Counted from the first letter of the stretch, positions 37,674 to 50,496 are shown. The stretch is 64,000 bases of DNA from Actinomycetota bacterium (GCA_947450345.1 CANFVD010000001.1:15936-79935), one strand, 5' to 3'. Program-made: numbers and translations. Notes: generated by a model not told the origin, from the sequence alone.

Positions 37674-38702
37674 GTGGCAACCGCATCGGGTCGATCGAGC
37701 AAGGTCAAGACCTCCGTCGCCATCCCGCAACTGGGCTGGCGCGAGGCGCGACCGGCGACGGTCGTGTTGGTCACGGGACCCGAAGAGTTTCTTGCCGAAC
37801 GCGCCATCACGTCTGTCCGCCAGCAATTGCGTGCGGCAGATCCGTCGCTCGAGGTGTCCGACCTCGATGCCGCTTCGTATGCCACGGGGCAGTTGCTCAC
37901 TCTCGCGAGTCCGTCACTCTTTGGTGAGCCGCGCTTGATTCGTGTGTCGAGCGTCGAAAAGTGCACCGACGAGTTCATTGAGGATGTGGTTTCCTACCTC
38001 TCGGCTCCCGACGCCGACACCACTCTCGTGCTGCGTCACGGCGGCGGTGTGCGGGGCAAGAAGATTCTCGACACGATTCGGGTGGGCACCGGCGGTGGCA
38101 TCGAGGTGATTGTCGACGAGCTCAAGTCGGACAACGACAAGTTCGAGTTTGCCCTCGCCGAGTTCGACGCCGGTGACCGGCGCATCACGCCCGGTGCGGT
38201 GCGCGGTCTCGTGGCAGCTTTCTCCTCGAACGGCGCCGAGTTGGCTGCAGCCTGCCAACAGCTCATGGCCGATACCTCGGGCGACATCGATGAGCGAGAT
38301 GTCGACACTTACTACGGCGGCCGCGCCGAAGCCACCGCGTTTCGTGTGGCCGACATCGCCATCGCGGGTCGCCCCGGCGATGCACTCATTTCGTTGCGCA
38401 ACGCACTGGAGTCGGGCGCCGACCCGGTACCGATGGTCGCGGCCTTTGCAAGCAAGCTGCGGGTGATGGCGCGTGTCATGGGCGATCGACGGTCGTCGGG
38501 CGAGTTAGCGGGCGCCATTGGGGCGGCGCCCTGGCAGATTGACCGAGCCCGACGCGATCTGAGCGGCTGGAGCGAGGGTGGCTTGGCTGCCGCCATCGTT
38601 GCGGTGGCCGCCGCTGACGCCAACGTCAAGGGAGCCACCCGTGACCCGGTCTATGCCCTGGAGCGCATGGTCAATGTGGTGGCCAATTACGGGCTGACTT
38701 AA
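37674..38702 (+). CDS. holA: DNA polymerase III subunit delta
   Basis: 342 aa. ...VVLVTGPEEFLAERAI...LFGEPRLIRV... Conserved position after comEC. Confidence 0.8.
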   Translation: MATASGRSSKVKTSVAIPQLGWREARPATVVLVTGPEEFLAERAITSVRQQLRAADPSLEVSDLDAASYATGQLLTLASPSLFGEPRLIRVSSVEKCTDEFIEDVVSYLSAPDADTTLVLRHGGGVRGKKILDTIRVGTGGGIEVIVDELKSDNDKFEFALAEFDAGDRRITPGAVRGLVAAFSSNGAELAAACQQLMADTSGDIDERDVDTYYGGRAEATAFRVADIAIAGRPGDALISLRNALESGADPVPMVAAFASKLRVMARVMGDRRSSGELAGAIGAAPWQIDRARRDLSGWSEGGLAAAIVAVAAADANVKGATRDPVYALERMVNVVANYGLT

Positions 38703-38727
38703 AAAAACGATGCCCCGCCGAAGCGGG
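38701..38727 (-). terminator. possible terminator of rpsT
   Basis: Minus strand reads CCCGC-TTCG-GCGGG, then GCATCG, then TTTTTTT. The U tract is displaced 6 nt from the stem, so this is atypical. Confidence 0.45.
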
Positions 38728-38761
38728 ACACCGTTGAACGTGCGTTGTGCGGGCGTTCGCT

Positions 38762-39022
38762 CTAGAGCGATGCGGCCTTGGCAGCAATAGCCGACTTGCG
38801 GTTAGCGCCCTGGTTCTTGTGCAGCACACCCTTGCTGACGGCCTTGTCGATCTTGCGACCGGCAACGCGCACGGCATCTGCTGCAGCAGCCTTGTCGCCC
38901 GAAGCAATGGCCGTGCGTGCCGAGCGAATGGCGGTCTTGACCTCGCTCTTCACCGCCTTGTTGCGCTCGTGCGCCTTGGCGTTGGTGAGGTTGCGCTTGA
39001 TTTGCGACTTGATATTTGCCAC
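38762..39022 (-). CDS. rpsT: 30S ribosomal protein S20
   Basis: [33 protein letters not shown]... Confidence 0.96.
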   Translation of the reverse strand: MANIKSQIKRNLTNAKAHERNKAVKSEVKTAIRSARTAIASGDKAAAADAVRVAGRKIDKAVSKGVLHKNQGANRKSAIAAKAASL

Positions 39023-39199
39023 TGAAATTACCTTCGTTTTGTCACGTCCCGCACAAGGGCGAGCGTGGAGTTTGACTGTCGGGGTTGTTTCGGGCGATAG
39101 AGGGGCGCCTTCTACATACCTCGCGGGTGTGGGATTCCGCGAAAGTCTGTGTTCAGGCTATCAGTTGCCGGGCATTGTGCGAAAACCGCGGGTTAAGTC

Positions 39200-41067
<1,868 letters not shown>

Positions 41068-41068
<1 letters not shown>

Positions 41069-41778
41069 TGCGGCGCCGAGCAACGTTCAGAGACGCGGCC
41101 GTGTCTTATGCGGCCGTCGGAGCAACCGCCGCGCCCGATGTTCTGGCCTATCCTCCCCGGGGATTTAGGTCCTCGGCCACGACCTGGCACATCGGGAGTG
41201 GCGAACAACGCTTCGAGTGGTGCGAAGAGAACCTTCTGTCGTGGCGAATGATTGACGCCGCTGGCTTCCGACTCGAACACGTCGAACGCTCTACGGAGGG
41301 CGGTTACGCCGGTGCGGGAGCAACGGCCTTTCACACGAATACGACCACGGGCGAGGTTGTCTACGCCGCCGACGGGAGAGGGTTCATCACTCCCGGTGAT
41401 GTGGTGACCATTCTGTGGGGACGATCGGGCAAGCGGCGCGAACGCCACTTCCGCGTGGTTGCCGTGACACGCGAGCTCAATGTTGTGTCGGTGTCGCTGG
41501 GAACGCTTGATCGAGAGCCGTTCGTTGGCGAATTCCTTATTGGCATCGAGTACCGTGACGACGACACCGTGTGGTCGCGCGTTGTCCAAGTTGTGGCACC
41601 CGGTGAAGCCCGGTGGTCGCGCCTACTCTTCCCGCTCGTCTTACTCGTTCTGTCCCGCGTTCGCGGCCGTCTCGCCCGAGGCCTGAATCCGGCCCGAGTC
41701 GCCCACGCACGCGAAACCGTGGCCGGAGAAGACGCCGAGATGCGCGACGCCACCGAGCCGGGTTCTTCGGCCGACTAG
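41068..41778 (+). CDS. DUF1990-family protein
   Basis: 236 aa. ...VSYAAVGAT......PPRGF.....IGSGEQRFEWCEENLLSWRM... GTG overlaps the lepA stop. Confidence 0.68.
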
Positions 41779-42995
41779 TGGCCGGTCCGCTCCCCGAGGG
41801 TCAACGACCCGCTCCCGACGGAAGCCTTCCCGCGGGAATCACGCCGAACGTCGCGACTCCGCTTTCTGCCTATGTGCACGTTCCCTACTGTCGCGTGCGC
41901 TGCGGCTACTGCGACTTCAACACCTATACGAGTGATGAACTGCGTGGGTCGCGTCGCGACACCTACGTTGAGGTGGTGGCGCGGGAGATCGAACTGGCAC
42001 ACCGCGTTATGGGCGAGGCAGGCGGCCTGCGTCGCTTGGACACCGTTTTCTTCGGCGGGGGAACCCCCACGCTCCTTCCGGCGCACGACCTCATAGCCAT
42101 GCGTGAAAATCTTGCGTCTCGCTTCGGGATATCGGCCCACGCCGAGATCACCACAGAGGCCAATCCCGATTCCGTTGATCTGGCCTACCTCCAGGAGCTG
42201 GCTGAGGGAGGCTTCACGCGTGTCAGCTTTGGGGTGCAGTCGGTGGTCCCGCATGTCCTCGCCACTCTCGATCGCACGCACGATCCCGAACGTGTCGGTG
42301 ATGTCATCACTGCCGCGCGTTCGGCAGGCCTCAACGTGAGTATCGATCTCATCTACGGCACGCCGGGGGAGTCACTCGACGATTGGCGCCGATCGCTCGA
42401 TGCTGTGCTCGAGTGGGGGGTGGACCACGTGTCGGCGTACGCCCTGATTGTCGAGGAGGGCACTGCTCTCGAGCGCCGCATTCGCCGGGGAGAAATTGCG
42501 GCGGTTGACGACGACCTGCACGCCGACATGTACGAGATGGCTGACGACATTTTTGCGTCGGCCGGTCTCGAGTGGTACGAAATCAGCAACTGGTCGCGCA
42601 CGGCGGAGACCCGCTCGCAACACAACCTCGCCTACTGGCGCGGTCACGACTGGTGGGGTTTTGGTCCGGGTGCCCACTCTCACGTTGCTGGGGCGCGCTG
42701 GTGGAACGTCAAACATCCAGCTGAGTATGAACGGCTCCTCACGTCTGGCATCACGCCGGCGGCGGGCTACGAGGTTCCTACCGCCGAAGAGCGTGAGCTC
42801 GAACGACTGATGTTGGGGCTGCGGGTGAGCGAGGGTGTTGCTGCGGGCGCGGTCAACATCGCCACGGTCACCGAATTGGTCGAGACCGGCCTGCTTAACG
42901 ACGAAGCCGCCCGAACCGGTCAACTGGTGTTGACGCGGAACGGACGGCTACGTGCGGATGAAGTGGTTCGTCGACTCGTCGAAACAAGCGACTGA
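41778..42995 (+). CDS. hemW: radical SAM heme chaperone HemW (HemN-like, oxygen-independent coproporphyrinogen oxidase family)
   Basis: ORF 41613..42995, trimmed to GTG 41778. YVHVPYCRVRCGYCDFNTY (CxxxCxxC), ...FFGGGTPTLL... Confidence 0.85.
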   Translation: MAGPLPEGQRPAPDGSLPAGITPNVATPLSAYVHVPYCRVRCGYCDFNTYTSDELRGSRRDTYVEVVAREIELAHRVMGEAGGLRRLDTVFFGGGTPTLLPAHDLIAMRENLASRFGISAHAEITTEANPDSVDLAYLQELAEGGFTRVSFGVQSVVPHVLATLDRTHDPERVGDVITAARSAGLNVSIDLIYGTPGESLDDWRRSLDAVLEWGVDHVSAYALIVEEGTALERRIRRGEIAAVDDDLHADMYEMADDIFASAGLEWYEISNWSRTAETRSQHNLAYWRGHDWWGFGPGAHSHVAGARWWNVKHPAEYERLLTSGITPAAGYEVPTAEERELERLMLGLRVSEGVAAGAVNIATVTELVETGLLNDEAARTGQLVLTRNGRLRADEVVRRLVETSD

Positions 42996-43021
42996 CGACT
43001 CACGCCTCCGCGACGGGCGCC

Positions 43022-43372
43022 CTACTTGATGAAGGGAATCGACATCGGGTACTTGTAGTCCTCGCCGTTGCGGGTCTTAACAAAAGCAAGGATGCAGAAG
43101 ATGAGAATGAGCACGCCGATGGCAACGTAGAGGATCGACAGGATCCCGAAGGTGACGACAGAAAGGATGCCCGCGGCAACCCACGCGACGATCATGGTCA
43201 ACTGAAAGTTGAGGGCGCTCTTCAGGTTGGTGTCAAGGAACTTGCTGCGGTCCTTGTAGATCAGCCAGAAGATGAGGGGCGAGATGAATCCAATGACGAT
43301 GCCCAGGATGTTACCGAGTGAGGTGAAGTTCTGTTCTTCGACCTTGGACAGTTTGGGTTGTGCGTTTGACAT
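43022..43372 (-). CDS. DUF4870-like small membrane protein
   Basis: 116 aa, 3 TM helices. ...LKSALNFQLTMIV..., C-terminal GEDYKYPMSIPFIK. GC lower than neighbours. Confidence 0.62.
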   Translation of the reverse strand: MSNAQPKLSKVEEQNFTSLGNILGIVIGFISPLIFWLIYKDRSKFLDTNLKSALNFQLTMIVAWVAAGILSVVTFGILSILYVAIGVLILIFCILAFVKTRNGEDYKYPMSIPFIK

Positions 43373-43471
43373 TCCATACCTTTCGAGTTGTGTGGATGTT
43401 CAGGGCACTCAAATTAGTCCTGTTTCTGGGGCAGGGCAAGCAAAGATTTCCCCAATCTCAAACCGGTAATA

Positions 43472-43498
43472 TTGGCACTCAGACGTAGTGAGTGCCAA
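43472..43498 (+). promoter_or_regulatory. CIRCE operator (HrcA binding site)
   Basis: TTGGCACTC-AGACGTAGT-GAGTGCCAA versus the consensus TTAGCACTC-N9-GAGTGCTAA. It lies 36 nt upstream of the hrcA ATG. TAATAT abuts the left arm. Confidence 0.88.
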
Positions 43499-43533
43499 TC
43501 GCACTCGCGCAACAGGAAGGCAGGTGGGTTCGC

Positions 43534-44550
43534 ATGGTTTCTCAACGTGGCCTCGATGTGTTGCGTGTCATCGTGCAGGACTACGTCTCGTCGCGTGAAC
43601 CGGTGGGGTCAAAGTCGATTGCCGATCGTCACGCGTTTGGCGTCTCTGCCGCCACGATCCGCAATGATATGTCGCTCCTTGAAGACGAGCTTCTGATTAC
43701 CGCGCCGCACACCTCGAGTGGACGCATCCCCACCGATAAGGGATATCGCGTCTTCGTTGACAACCTGACTGACGTCAAAACACTGAGCGGAGCTCAGAGG
43801 CTGGCCATCGAGCGCGTTCTCAACGAATCGGATGACGTCGACGCGCTGCTCGCCCACACCGTTCGATTGCTGGCGCAATTGACCAACCAGGTGGCCGTGG
43901 TCGAGTATCCGTCGCTGAGCGGTGCCCGTGTGAAGCACGTGGAGTTGGTCAGCATGGGTAATTCTCGTCTGATGAGCGTGCTCATCACCGACAACGGTCG
44001 CGTGGAGCAACGCATGGTGGAGACCGAACGCGACCTCACCGAAGAGGAAATCACCCAACTTCGATCGCGCATTAATTCAGCAGTGGCCGGGCGACAGCTC
44101 AGCGAGATCGCCGACGCGCTGGCCGCAGCCCCCGAGGTGGCACCAGCGCTCACCGAGGCGTCGGCGCGTGTGGGGGCGGCACTCGCCGATCAGGTGGCCG
44201 CCAACCGCCAACAGCGCCTCGTCATGGCGGGCGCCGGAAATCTCGTGCGCACCGAACACGATTTTCAGGGCAGCATCTATCCACTGCTCGATGCCATTGA
44301 GGAACAGGTCACCGTGCTCAAACTGCTGACCGAAATGGGCCAGGAGGCCAGTGAGGTCTCGGTGAGCATTGGCGCGGAGCACGAGTCACAGGATTTCCGC
44401 GAGGCCAGCCTCGTAGCCAGCGGCTATACAAGCTTGGGTGAGGTCTCACGTGTGGGCGTCATTGGCCCCACGCGCATGGACTACTCCGGCAACATGGCGG
44501 CGGTGCGCGCGGTGGCGAACTACCTGTCGCGCATTCTCGACGCCCAATGA
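43534..44550 (+). CDS. hrcA: heat-inducible transcription repressor HrcA
   Basis: ORF 43492..44550. Start at ATG 43534 ([29 protein letters not shown]). 338 aa. Confidence 0.92.
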   Translation: MVSQRGLDVLRVIVQDYVSSREPVGSKSIADRHAFGVSAATIRNDMSLLEDELLITAPHTSSGRIPTDKGYRVFVDNLTDVKTLSGAQRLAIERVLNESDDVDALLAHTVRLLAQLTNQVAVVEYPSLSGARVKHVELVSMGNSRLMSVLITDNGRVEQRMVETERDLTEEEITQLRSRINSAVAGRQLSEIADALAAAPEVAPALTEASARVGAALADQVAANRQQRLVMAGAGNLVRTEHDFQGSIYPLLDAIEEQVTVLKLLTEMGQEASEVSVSIGAEHESQDFREASLVASGYTSLGEVSRVGVIGPTRMDYSGNMAAVRAVANYLSRILDAQ

Positions 44551-44611
44551 CTCTGACACGTCACACCCCTTAGCTCGTCCCTCACCAACAACGACACAGA
44601 AAAGAATCTCG

Positions 44612-45712
44612 GTGGCTGATCACTACGAAGTACTGGGCGTATCGCGCGATGCCTCGAGCGACGACATCAAGAAGGCTTACCGTCGCCTTGCGCGCGAACT
44701 GCATCCCGACGTTAACCCCGACGAGGAAGCGCAGGAACGTTTCAAGCTGGTGACGCACGCCTATGAGGTGCTGAGCGACCCCGTCTCGCGCGACAACTAC
44801 GACCGCGGTGGCGACAGCGGCGGATTCGGCGGCGGTGGGGGATTCGCCGACTTTGGCGACATCTTCTCGACGTTCTTTGGTGGAGGTCAGTCGTCCCGTG
44901 GCCCCCGCTCGCGGAGTGAGCGCGGACAGGATGCCCTGCTACGCATCGAGGTCGATCTCGCCGATGTGATTGCCGGAGTGGAAAAGGAGATTGAGTTCGA
45001 CACGGCCGCGCTGTGTGAGACGTGTAACGGCACCTGCTGCCAGCCCGGCACGTCGCCCGTCACCTGTGACATCTGCGGTGGCGCGGGAATGATCAGTAGA
45101 ACCGTTCGTTCGCTGTTGGGCAACGTGATGACGCAGTCGCCCTGTGGCTCGTGTCGGGGGTTCGGAACGGTCATTGCCACGCCGTGTACGTCGTGCCAGG
45201 GCCACGGCCGCGTGCGCGCGCGTCGCACGGTCACCATCGATGTTCCGGCCGGAGTCGACAGTGGTGTGCGCCTGCACCTCGCGGGAAGCGGTGAGGCCGG
45301 GCAGGCTGGCGGCCCGCACGGTGACCTCTACATCGAGATTTCCGTTCGCCACAACGACACCTTCAGTCGACTCAAGGACGACCTGCTCTGCACCGTTGAC
45401 GTTGCCATGACCGACGCCATCCTCGGCACAACGTTCACGTTCGATGCGCTCGACGGACCCGTGGAGCTCGAGATTAAGCCGGGTGCGCAGAGCGCTGATG
45501 TGCTCGTCATCAAGGATCGCGGCATCGGACGTCTCCGCGGAAACGGCCGCGGCGATCTGCGCGTGGGGCTGCACGTGCTCACGCCCACCAAGCTGTCGGC
45601 GAAAGAGAAGGAAATGATTGCCTCTTTTGCCGCCTCGCGTAAACCACAACCACCCGTGCTGTCGACGTTCCAGCAGGGCCTCTTTGCCAAGCTTCGCGAC
45701 CGATTCCTCTAA
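44612..45712 (+). CDS. dnaJ: molecular chaperone DnaJ
   Basis: ORF 44438..45712, trimmed to GTG 44612 ([33 protein letters not shown]). Gly-rich linker. Four CxxCxG zinc motifs. Confidence 0.95.
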   Translation: MADHYEVLGVSRDASSDDIKKAYRRLARELHPDVNPDEEAQERFKLVTHAYEVLSDPVSRDNYDRGGDSGGFGGGGGFADFGDIFSTFFGGGQSSRGPRSRSERGQDALLRIEVDLADVIAGVEKEIEFDTAALCETCNGTCCQPGTSPVTCDICGGAGMISRTVRSLLGNVMTQSPCGSCRGFGTVIATPCTSCQGHGRVRARRTVTIDVPAGVDSGVRLHLAGSGEAGQAGGPHGDLYIEISVRHNDTFSRLKDDLLCTVDVAMTDAILGTTFTFDALDGPVELEIKPGAQSADVLVIKDRGIGRLRGNGRGDLRVGLHVLTPTKLSAKEKEMIASFAASRKPQPPVLSTFQQGLFAKLRDRFL

Positions 45713-45729
45713 CCGGACCGAGTTCACCA

Positions 45730-46473
45730 ATGGCCCACTTTTTTATTGACGAAACAATCACCGCGCTGGCCGTGGGCGAACGTGTCGCTCTCGGCGGGTC
45801 GGAGGGACGCCATGCGGCCACCGTCTCGCGCCTGCGCGCGGGAGAACGCGTGACCCTGGGTAACGGCCGAGGGCTCACCGCCGCAGTCGTCGTGCAGGGT
45901 GTGGCGAAGGATTCCGTGGACTTCGAGATTGAAAACGTTCAGCAGGTGAGTGCCCCGGCGCACGCGTTCGTTCTGGCTCAAGCGCTGGCCAAGACCGATC
46001 GCGACGAGCGTGCCGTTGAGGCGGCCGTCGAGCTCGGCGTGGATGCCGTCGTGCCATTCGCTGCTGCCCGCAGTGTGAGTCGCTGGGACGCCGCCAAGGA
46101 GGTCAAGGGCCGCGCGCGGTGGCAGTCGATTGCTCGTGAGGCGGCCAAGCAGTCGCTTCGGGCGTGGGTTCCCGAGGTTCGCGCCTTGGCGCACACCGGC
46201 GACCTGATTGCCCGGGAGGCCACCCGACTCATCGTGCTCGATGCCGCCGGCGTCTCTCCGCACGACGTTGACTGGACGAACTCAACCAGCCCCGACGTTC
46301 GGGAGACGGTCTTCGTTGTTGGCCCCGAGGGCGGTTTTAGTGCAGAAGAGCGCGACGCCTTTGCCGCCGCCGGGGCGACTTTTGTACGTCTGGGCTCGAA
46401 CGTGTTACGGACTTCCACGGCGGGTCCGGTTGCCCTCGGCATCGCCTCGGCGCTGTCCGGCCGGTGGGCCTAG
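45730..46473 (+). CDS. rsmE: 16S rRNA (uracil1498-N3)-methyltransferase RsmE
   Basis: 247 aa. MAHFFIDE..., ...FVVGPEGGFSAEE...LGSNVLRTSTA. Usual position after dnaJ. Confidence 0.85.
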   Translation: MAHFFIDETITALAVGERVALGGSEGRHAATVSRLRAGERVTLGNGRGLTAAVVVQGVAKDSVDFEIENVQQVSAPAHAFVLAQALAKTDRDERAVEAAVELGVDAVVPFAAARSVSRWDAAKEVKGRARWQSIAREAAKQSLRAWVPEVRALAHTGDLIAREATRLIVLDAAGVSPHDVDWTNSTSPDVRETVFVVGPEGGFSAEERDAFAAAGATFVRLGSNVLRTSTAGPVALGIASALSGRWA

Positions 46474-46488
46474 ACCTACGATAGAAGA

Positions 46489-46833
46489 ATGAGCGAGCCC
46501 ACTATCTTCAGCCGGATCATCTCTGGCGAAATCCCCGCCACGGTGGTGTGGCAGAACGAACGTCTCATCGCGTTTCACGACATCGCTCCGCGTGCTGCAC
46601 TGCACCTCCTCATCGTGCCGAAAACTGAGGAGTTCGAGAACGTGACCGACTTGGCTGCCGGCGACCCGGCACTCCTGGCCGAAATGGTCGCCACGGCCGC
46701 CACGTTGGCCGCTGAACACGCCAACGGTGACTACCGTTTGTTGTTTAACTCAGGTGCGAGCGCGGGGCAGACCGTGTTTCATGTCCACGCCCACGTGCTT
46801 GCGGGTGGCCTGTCGGAGGAGTCGCTTGCCTAG
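46489..46833 (+). CDS. HIT-family (histidine triad) nucleotide hydrolase
   Basis: 114 aa. ...IFSRIISGEIPA..., GQTVFHVHAHVLAG (HxHxHxx). Confidence 0.87.
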   Translation: MSEPTIFSRIISGEIPATVVWQNERLIAFHDIAPRAALHLLIVPKTEEFENVTDLAAGDPALLAEMVATAATLAAEHANGDYRLLFNSGASAGQTVFHVHAHVLAGGLSEESLA

Positions 46834-46858
46834 TTCGGTAACGCCGCAAACCGTCACG

Positions 46859-47815
46859 GTGACGGGAATTGAGATGGTGCGTCTGCTCGGCACCCAAGAC
46901 AGACTCATGACTCGACTTCAGCGCGAGTACCCGCGCGTTTCGGTGCACGTACGTGGCAACGAAATCACTCTCACGAGCGATGCCACTCCCGAGGGCGATT
47001 CCGAGGTGACCCGAGCCCAAGATCTGATTTCCGAGCTGGTGCAGATGGTTCGCGACGGAATCGATCTCACCGAGGGCGATGTGACGCGCGGGGCGAACCG
47101 CGCCCCGGCTGACAAGGGGGGAATTGGCGAGGTCATCCTGTCGTCTCGCGGCAAGACGATCCGCGCCAAGACGCCAGGCCAGCAGCGTTACGTACAGGCC
47201 ATTCGAGAGAACACCATTGTTTTCGGCATTGGTCCGGCGGGAACCGGCAAGACATACCTCGCAATGGCTATGGCCGTGGCGGCGCTGCAACGCAAGGAAG
47301 TGAACCGCATCATTTTGACGCGGCCTGCCGTCGAGGCGGGGGAGCGACTGGGCTTCCTTCCGGGCACGCTCACCGACAAAATCGATCCCTACCTCCGCCC
47401 CTTGTTTGATGCCCTCAATGAGATGCTCGATCCGGAACTCGTGGCCAAACTCATGAGCGTGGGAACCATTGAAGTGGCACCGCTGGCCTACATGCGCGGA
47501 CGAACGCTCAACGATTCGTTCATCATCTTGGATGAGGCGCAGAACACCAGCCCCGAACAAATGAAGATGTTCCTGACGCGACTCGGTTTTTCTTCGCAGA
47601 TGGTCATCACGGGCGACATCACCCAGATTGACCTGCCCACGCCGTCGAGCGGCCTGCGCACCGTGACTCAGGTGTTGGATGAGATTGACGACATTCATTT
47701 CGCCTACCTCGGTTCCGAGGACGTCGTTCGGCACTCTCTGGTGGGCCAGATTGTGGATGCCTACACGGTCTATGAGGAGCGCGTCATGACGCGACGGGAG
47801 CGCAACAAGCGATGA
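46859..47815 (+). CDS. PhoH-like ATPase
   Basis: ORF 46727..47815, trimmed to GTG 46859 (alternative ATG 46874). Walker A GIGPAGTGKTYLAM. ...FIILDEAQNT..., GDITQIDLP. Confidence 0.9.
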   Translation: MTGIEMVRLLGTQDRLMTRLQREYPRVSVHVRGNEITLTSDATPEGDSEVTRAQDLISELVQMVRDGIDLTEGDVTRGANRAPADKGGIGEVILSSRGKTIRAKTPGQQRYVQAIRENTIVFGIGPAGTGKTYLAMAMAVAALQRKEVNRIILTRPAVEAGERLGFLPGTLTDKIDPYLRPLFDALNEMLDPELVAKLMSVGTIEVAPLAYMRGRTLNDSFIILDEAQNTSPEQMKMFLTRLGFSSQMVITGDITQIDLPTPSSGLRTVTQVLDEIDDIHFAYLGSEDVVRHSLVGQIVDAYTVYEERVMTRRERNKR

Positions 47816-48279
47816 GCATTGAGATCAACAACGAGACCTCGTTCACTGTGGACGAAACCGTGCTGCACCGCATGGCCGCGTACGCGCTGGACGCCATGCG
47901 CGTTCACCCCGACGCTGAGCTCAACATCCTGCTTTACGGGGTGGGGCCCATGGAGGAGCTGCACCTCCGGTGGTTGGATGAGCCCGGTCCCACCGACGTG
48001 CTGAGTTTTCCCATGGACCAGCTGCGCCCCGGAACGGATGATTTCGTGACACCCGCCGGACTGTTGGGCGATGTGGTCTTGTGCCCCGAGGTCGCCGAAG
48101 CTCAGGCGCAGACCGCCGGACACTCCCTGCAAGACGAGTTGAACATGCTCCTCACGCACGGCATGTTGCATCTGCTGGGTTTCGATCACGCCGAACCCGC
48201 CGAGGAAAAGGAAATGTTCGGCATTCAGCGCGACATCCTGGTCGGTTTTGCCCTAGCGGAACGGTCTCGAGAGTCGTAG
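47812..48279 (+). CDS. ybeY: rRNA maturation endoribonuclease YbeY
   Basis: 155 aa. HGMLHLLGFDH zinc motif. ATGA overlap with the phoH-like gene. Confidence 0.92.
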   Translation: MSIEINNETSFTVDETVLHRMAAYALDAMRVHPDAELNILLYGVGPMEELHLRWLDEPGPTDVLSFPMDQLRPGTDDFVTPAGLLGDVVLCPEVAEAQAQTAGHSLQDELNMLLTHGMLHLLGFDHAEPAEEKEMFGIQRDILVGFALAERSRES

Positions 48280-48280
48280 C

Positions 48281-49573
48281 GTGAACATCTTCCTCACCGT
48301 TGCGGCAAGCGTGCTCGTGATGGCTTTTGCCGGCTTGATGGCGGCTGCCGAGTCGGGCATGGGCGTGATGTCCGTCGACGACCTGCGTGATGCCGCCACA
48401 CGGCACCGCTCGCGCCGCTCCCTCGAAGCGATGGCGCGTCAACCGCGTGCTCATCGCACCGTCGCCACCTTTGCGCGCATCGTTGCCGAGACGGTGGTTG
48501 CCGTGTTGATTACCGCGGCTCTGCTGACGAGCGGCCTGCCACTCTGGGCGGGGCTCCTCATTGCGGTCGTGGTCATGGCCTCGGCGTCATTCGTTCTCGC
48601 CGGGTCGAGCCCACGAAGCGTCGGGCGAGCACACCCGGAGGGAATCGTGGCGTTTGCGGCCCCGATCGTGCACATCCTGCGCATTGTGCTCGGACCGCTC
48701 GCCGACCTTCTCGTGGCGCTCGGCGACCGGGTCACGCCCGGACGGCCGGGAACGAGTGCGTTCGCCAGTGAGGAGCAATTGCTCAGCATGGTCGACGAGG
48801 CCACCCGGCACGACGTCTTGGAAAAGGATGAGCGCGAGCTCATTCACTCCATCTTTGAGTGGGGCGACACCTACGTGCGTGAGGTGATGGTGCCCCGCAT
48901 CGACATGGTCACTGTTGAGGCAGATACGCCACTCGCTGAGGCCGGTGCTCTTTTTCTCCGCAGCGGACTGTCGCGCATCCCCGTCATTGGTGATGACACC
49001 GACGACATCGTGGGGGTGCTCTACCTGCGTGACGTGGCTCGCATCGCCCTCGACAAGAAGTCCGCCCCGCGGGGGGCTTCGGTTCGGTCACTCGCCCACG
49101 AACCGGTGTTTCTGCCCGAACTCAAGAAGGCCGACGACGCGCTGCGCGACATGCAGGCCAGCTCGACGCACCTAGCCTTTGTCGTTGATGAGCACGGTGG
49201 CATCGCCGGATTGGTGACCTTGGAAGACCTGCTCGAAGAATTGGTCGGCGAGATTCGCGATGAGTTTGATCGGGGAGCACCCGAAGCTGTAGAACTTCCC
49301 GACGGACGCTATCGCGTGTCGGCGCGCCTGCACATCGAGGATTTGGGTGAGCTCTTTGGGCTCGACCTCACGGACGACGAGGTCGACTCGGTCGGTGGCT
49401 TGCTCGCCAAAGAACTCGAACGCGTGCCCGAAGTGGGCGACCACGTCGTGGTCAGCGGACTCCACCTCGAAGCCGATCGCGTCGAAGCGCGACGCGGCCG
49501 TGTCATCAATGTTCTCGTCTGGCCCGATCAAGATTTGCTCGATGCCCGACGTGCGTTTGGAAGCGAAGAATGA
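48281..49573 (+). CDS. CNNM/TlyC-family membrane protein (DUF21, CBS pair, CorC_HlyC)
   Basis: 430 aa. N-terminal TM region, CBS pair (...VREVMVPRIDMVTV...), C-terminal transporter-associated domain. Confidence 0.85.
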   Translation: MNIFLTVAASVLVMAFAGLMAAAESGMGVMSVDDLRDAATRHRSRRSLEAMARQPRAHRTVATFARIVAETVVAVLITAALLTSGLPLWAGLLIAVVVMASASFVLAGSSPRSVGRAHPEGIVAFAAPIVHILRIVLGPLADLLVALGDRVTPGRPGTSAFASEEQLLSMVDEATRHDVLEKDERELIHSIFEWGDTYVREVMVPRIDMVTVEADTPLAEAGALFLRSGLSRIPVIGDDTDDIVGVLYLRDVARIALDKKSAPRGASVRSLAHEPVFLPELKKADDALRDMQASSTHLAFVVDEHGGIAGLVTLEDLLEELVGEIRDEFDRGAPEAVELPDGRYRVSARLHIEDLGELFGLDLTDDEVDSVGGLLAKELERVPEVGDHVVVSGLHLEADRVEARRGRVINVLVWPDQDLLDARRAFGSEE

Positions 49574-50496
49574 GACCGTCCAAGAGTGCCAAGCGCGATG
49601 CGGAGCGCCCCATTTTCAGAAGTGGCTTCGTCTCCTTTATCGGTCGACCGAACGTGGGCAAGTCCACTCTGATGAACGCGCTCGTGGGGGAGAAGGTGGC
49701 CATCACATCGGCTAGGCCTCAAACCACGCGCCACACCATTCGCGGCATGGTGAATCACAACAATGGCCAGCTCATCATTGTCGACACCCCGGGCATACAC
49801 CGCCCGCGCACGCTCTTGGGGGAACGACTCAATGCGCTGGCCAAATCGACCCTCGGCGATGTTGACGTCATCGGCATGTGTTTCCCCGCCGACGAACCGG
49901 TGGGCAAGGGTGATCGCTTTATCTCGGAGCAACTCGAGATGTATCCGCGAGCAATCAAGGTGGCCATCGTGACGAAGACGGATGTCGCATCGCGCGAGAA
50001 GACCGCGGCGCGTCTGCTCGAGGTGTCCGAACTTCGGGACTGGACGGCCATCATTCCCGTCTCGGCACTGACCGATGGGAACATCGGCGAGTTTGCGTCA
50101 ACGCTGATTGCCCTCCTGCCGGAGGGACTCGCCCTCTACGACGTCGAGACCACCACCGACGATGACACCGAGAAGCGCATTTCCGAGCTCATTCGTGAAT
50201 CACTCCTGGAGACCGTGCAGGACGAACTTCCGCACTCGCTCGCGGTCACCGTCGACGAGATGGTGGAGCGCGAAGACAAGGATTTGCTCGAGATTTACGC
50301 GAACATTTTCGTGGAGCGCGATAGCCAGAAAGCCATCATTATTGGGCACGGAGGATCGCGACTGAAAGACACGGGTGCCATTTCACGCAGAGCCATAGAG
50401 GCACTCCTCGGTCGCCATGTTTTCTTGAGCATCCGGGTCAAAGTCGCCAAAGATTGGCAGCGTGACCCCAAGAAACTCGAACGCCTCGGGTTCTAG
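49570..50496 (+). CDS. era: GTPase Era
   Basis: GFVSFIGRPNVGKSTLMNALVG, DTPGIH, TKTD, C-terminal KH domain. Confidence 0.95.
   Translation: MRPSKSAKRDAERPIFRSGFVSFIGRPNVGKSTLMNALVGEKVAITSARPQTTRHTIRGMVNHNNGQLIIVDTPGIHRPRTLLGERLNALAKSTLGDVDVIGMCFPADEPVGKGDRFISEQLEMYPRAIKVAIVTKTDVASREKTAARLLEVSELRDWTAIIPVSALTDGNIGEFASTLIALLPEGLALYDVETTTDDDTEKRISELIRESLLETVQDELPHSLAVTVDEMVEREDKDLLEIYANIFVERDSQKAIIIGHGGSRLKDTGAISRRAIEALLGRHVFLSIRVKVAKDWQRDPKKLERLGF

Noticed and set aside
41490-41520. An extra TGTCGGTG motif (RecA-NDp-like core), plus similar occurrences inside coding regions such as about 59455.
   Set aside because: All are located inside coding sequences, and the N8 spacer is not followed by a TAnnnT hexamer. 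These are chance matches.
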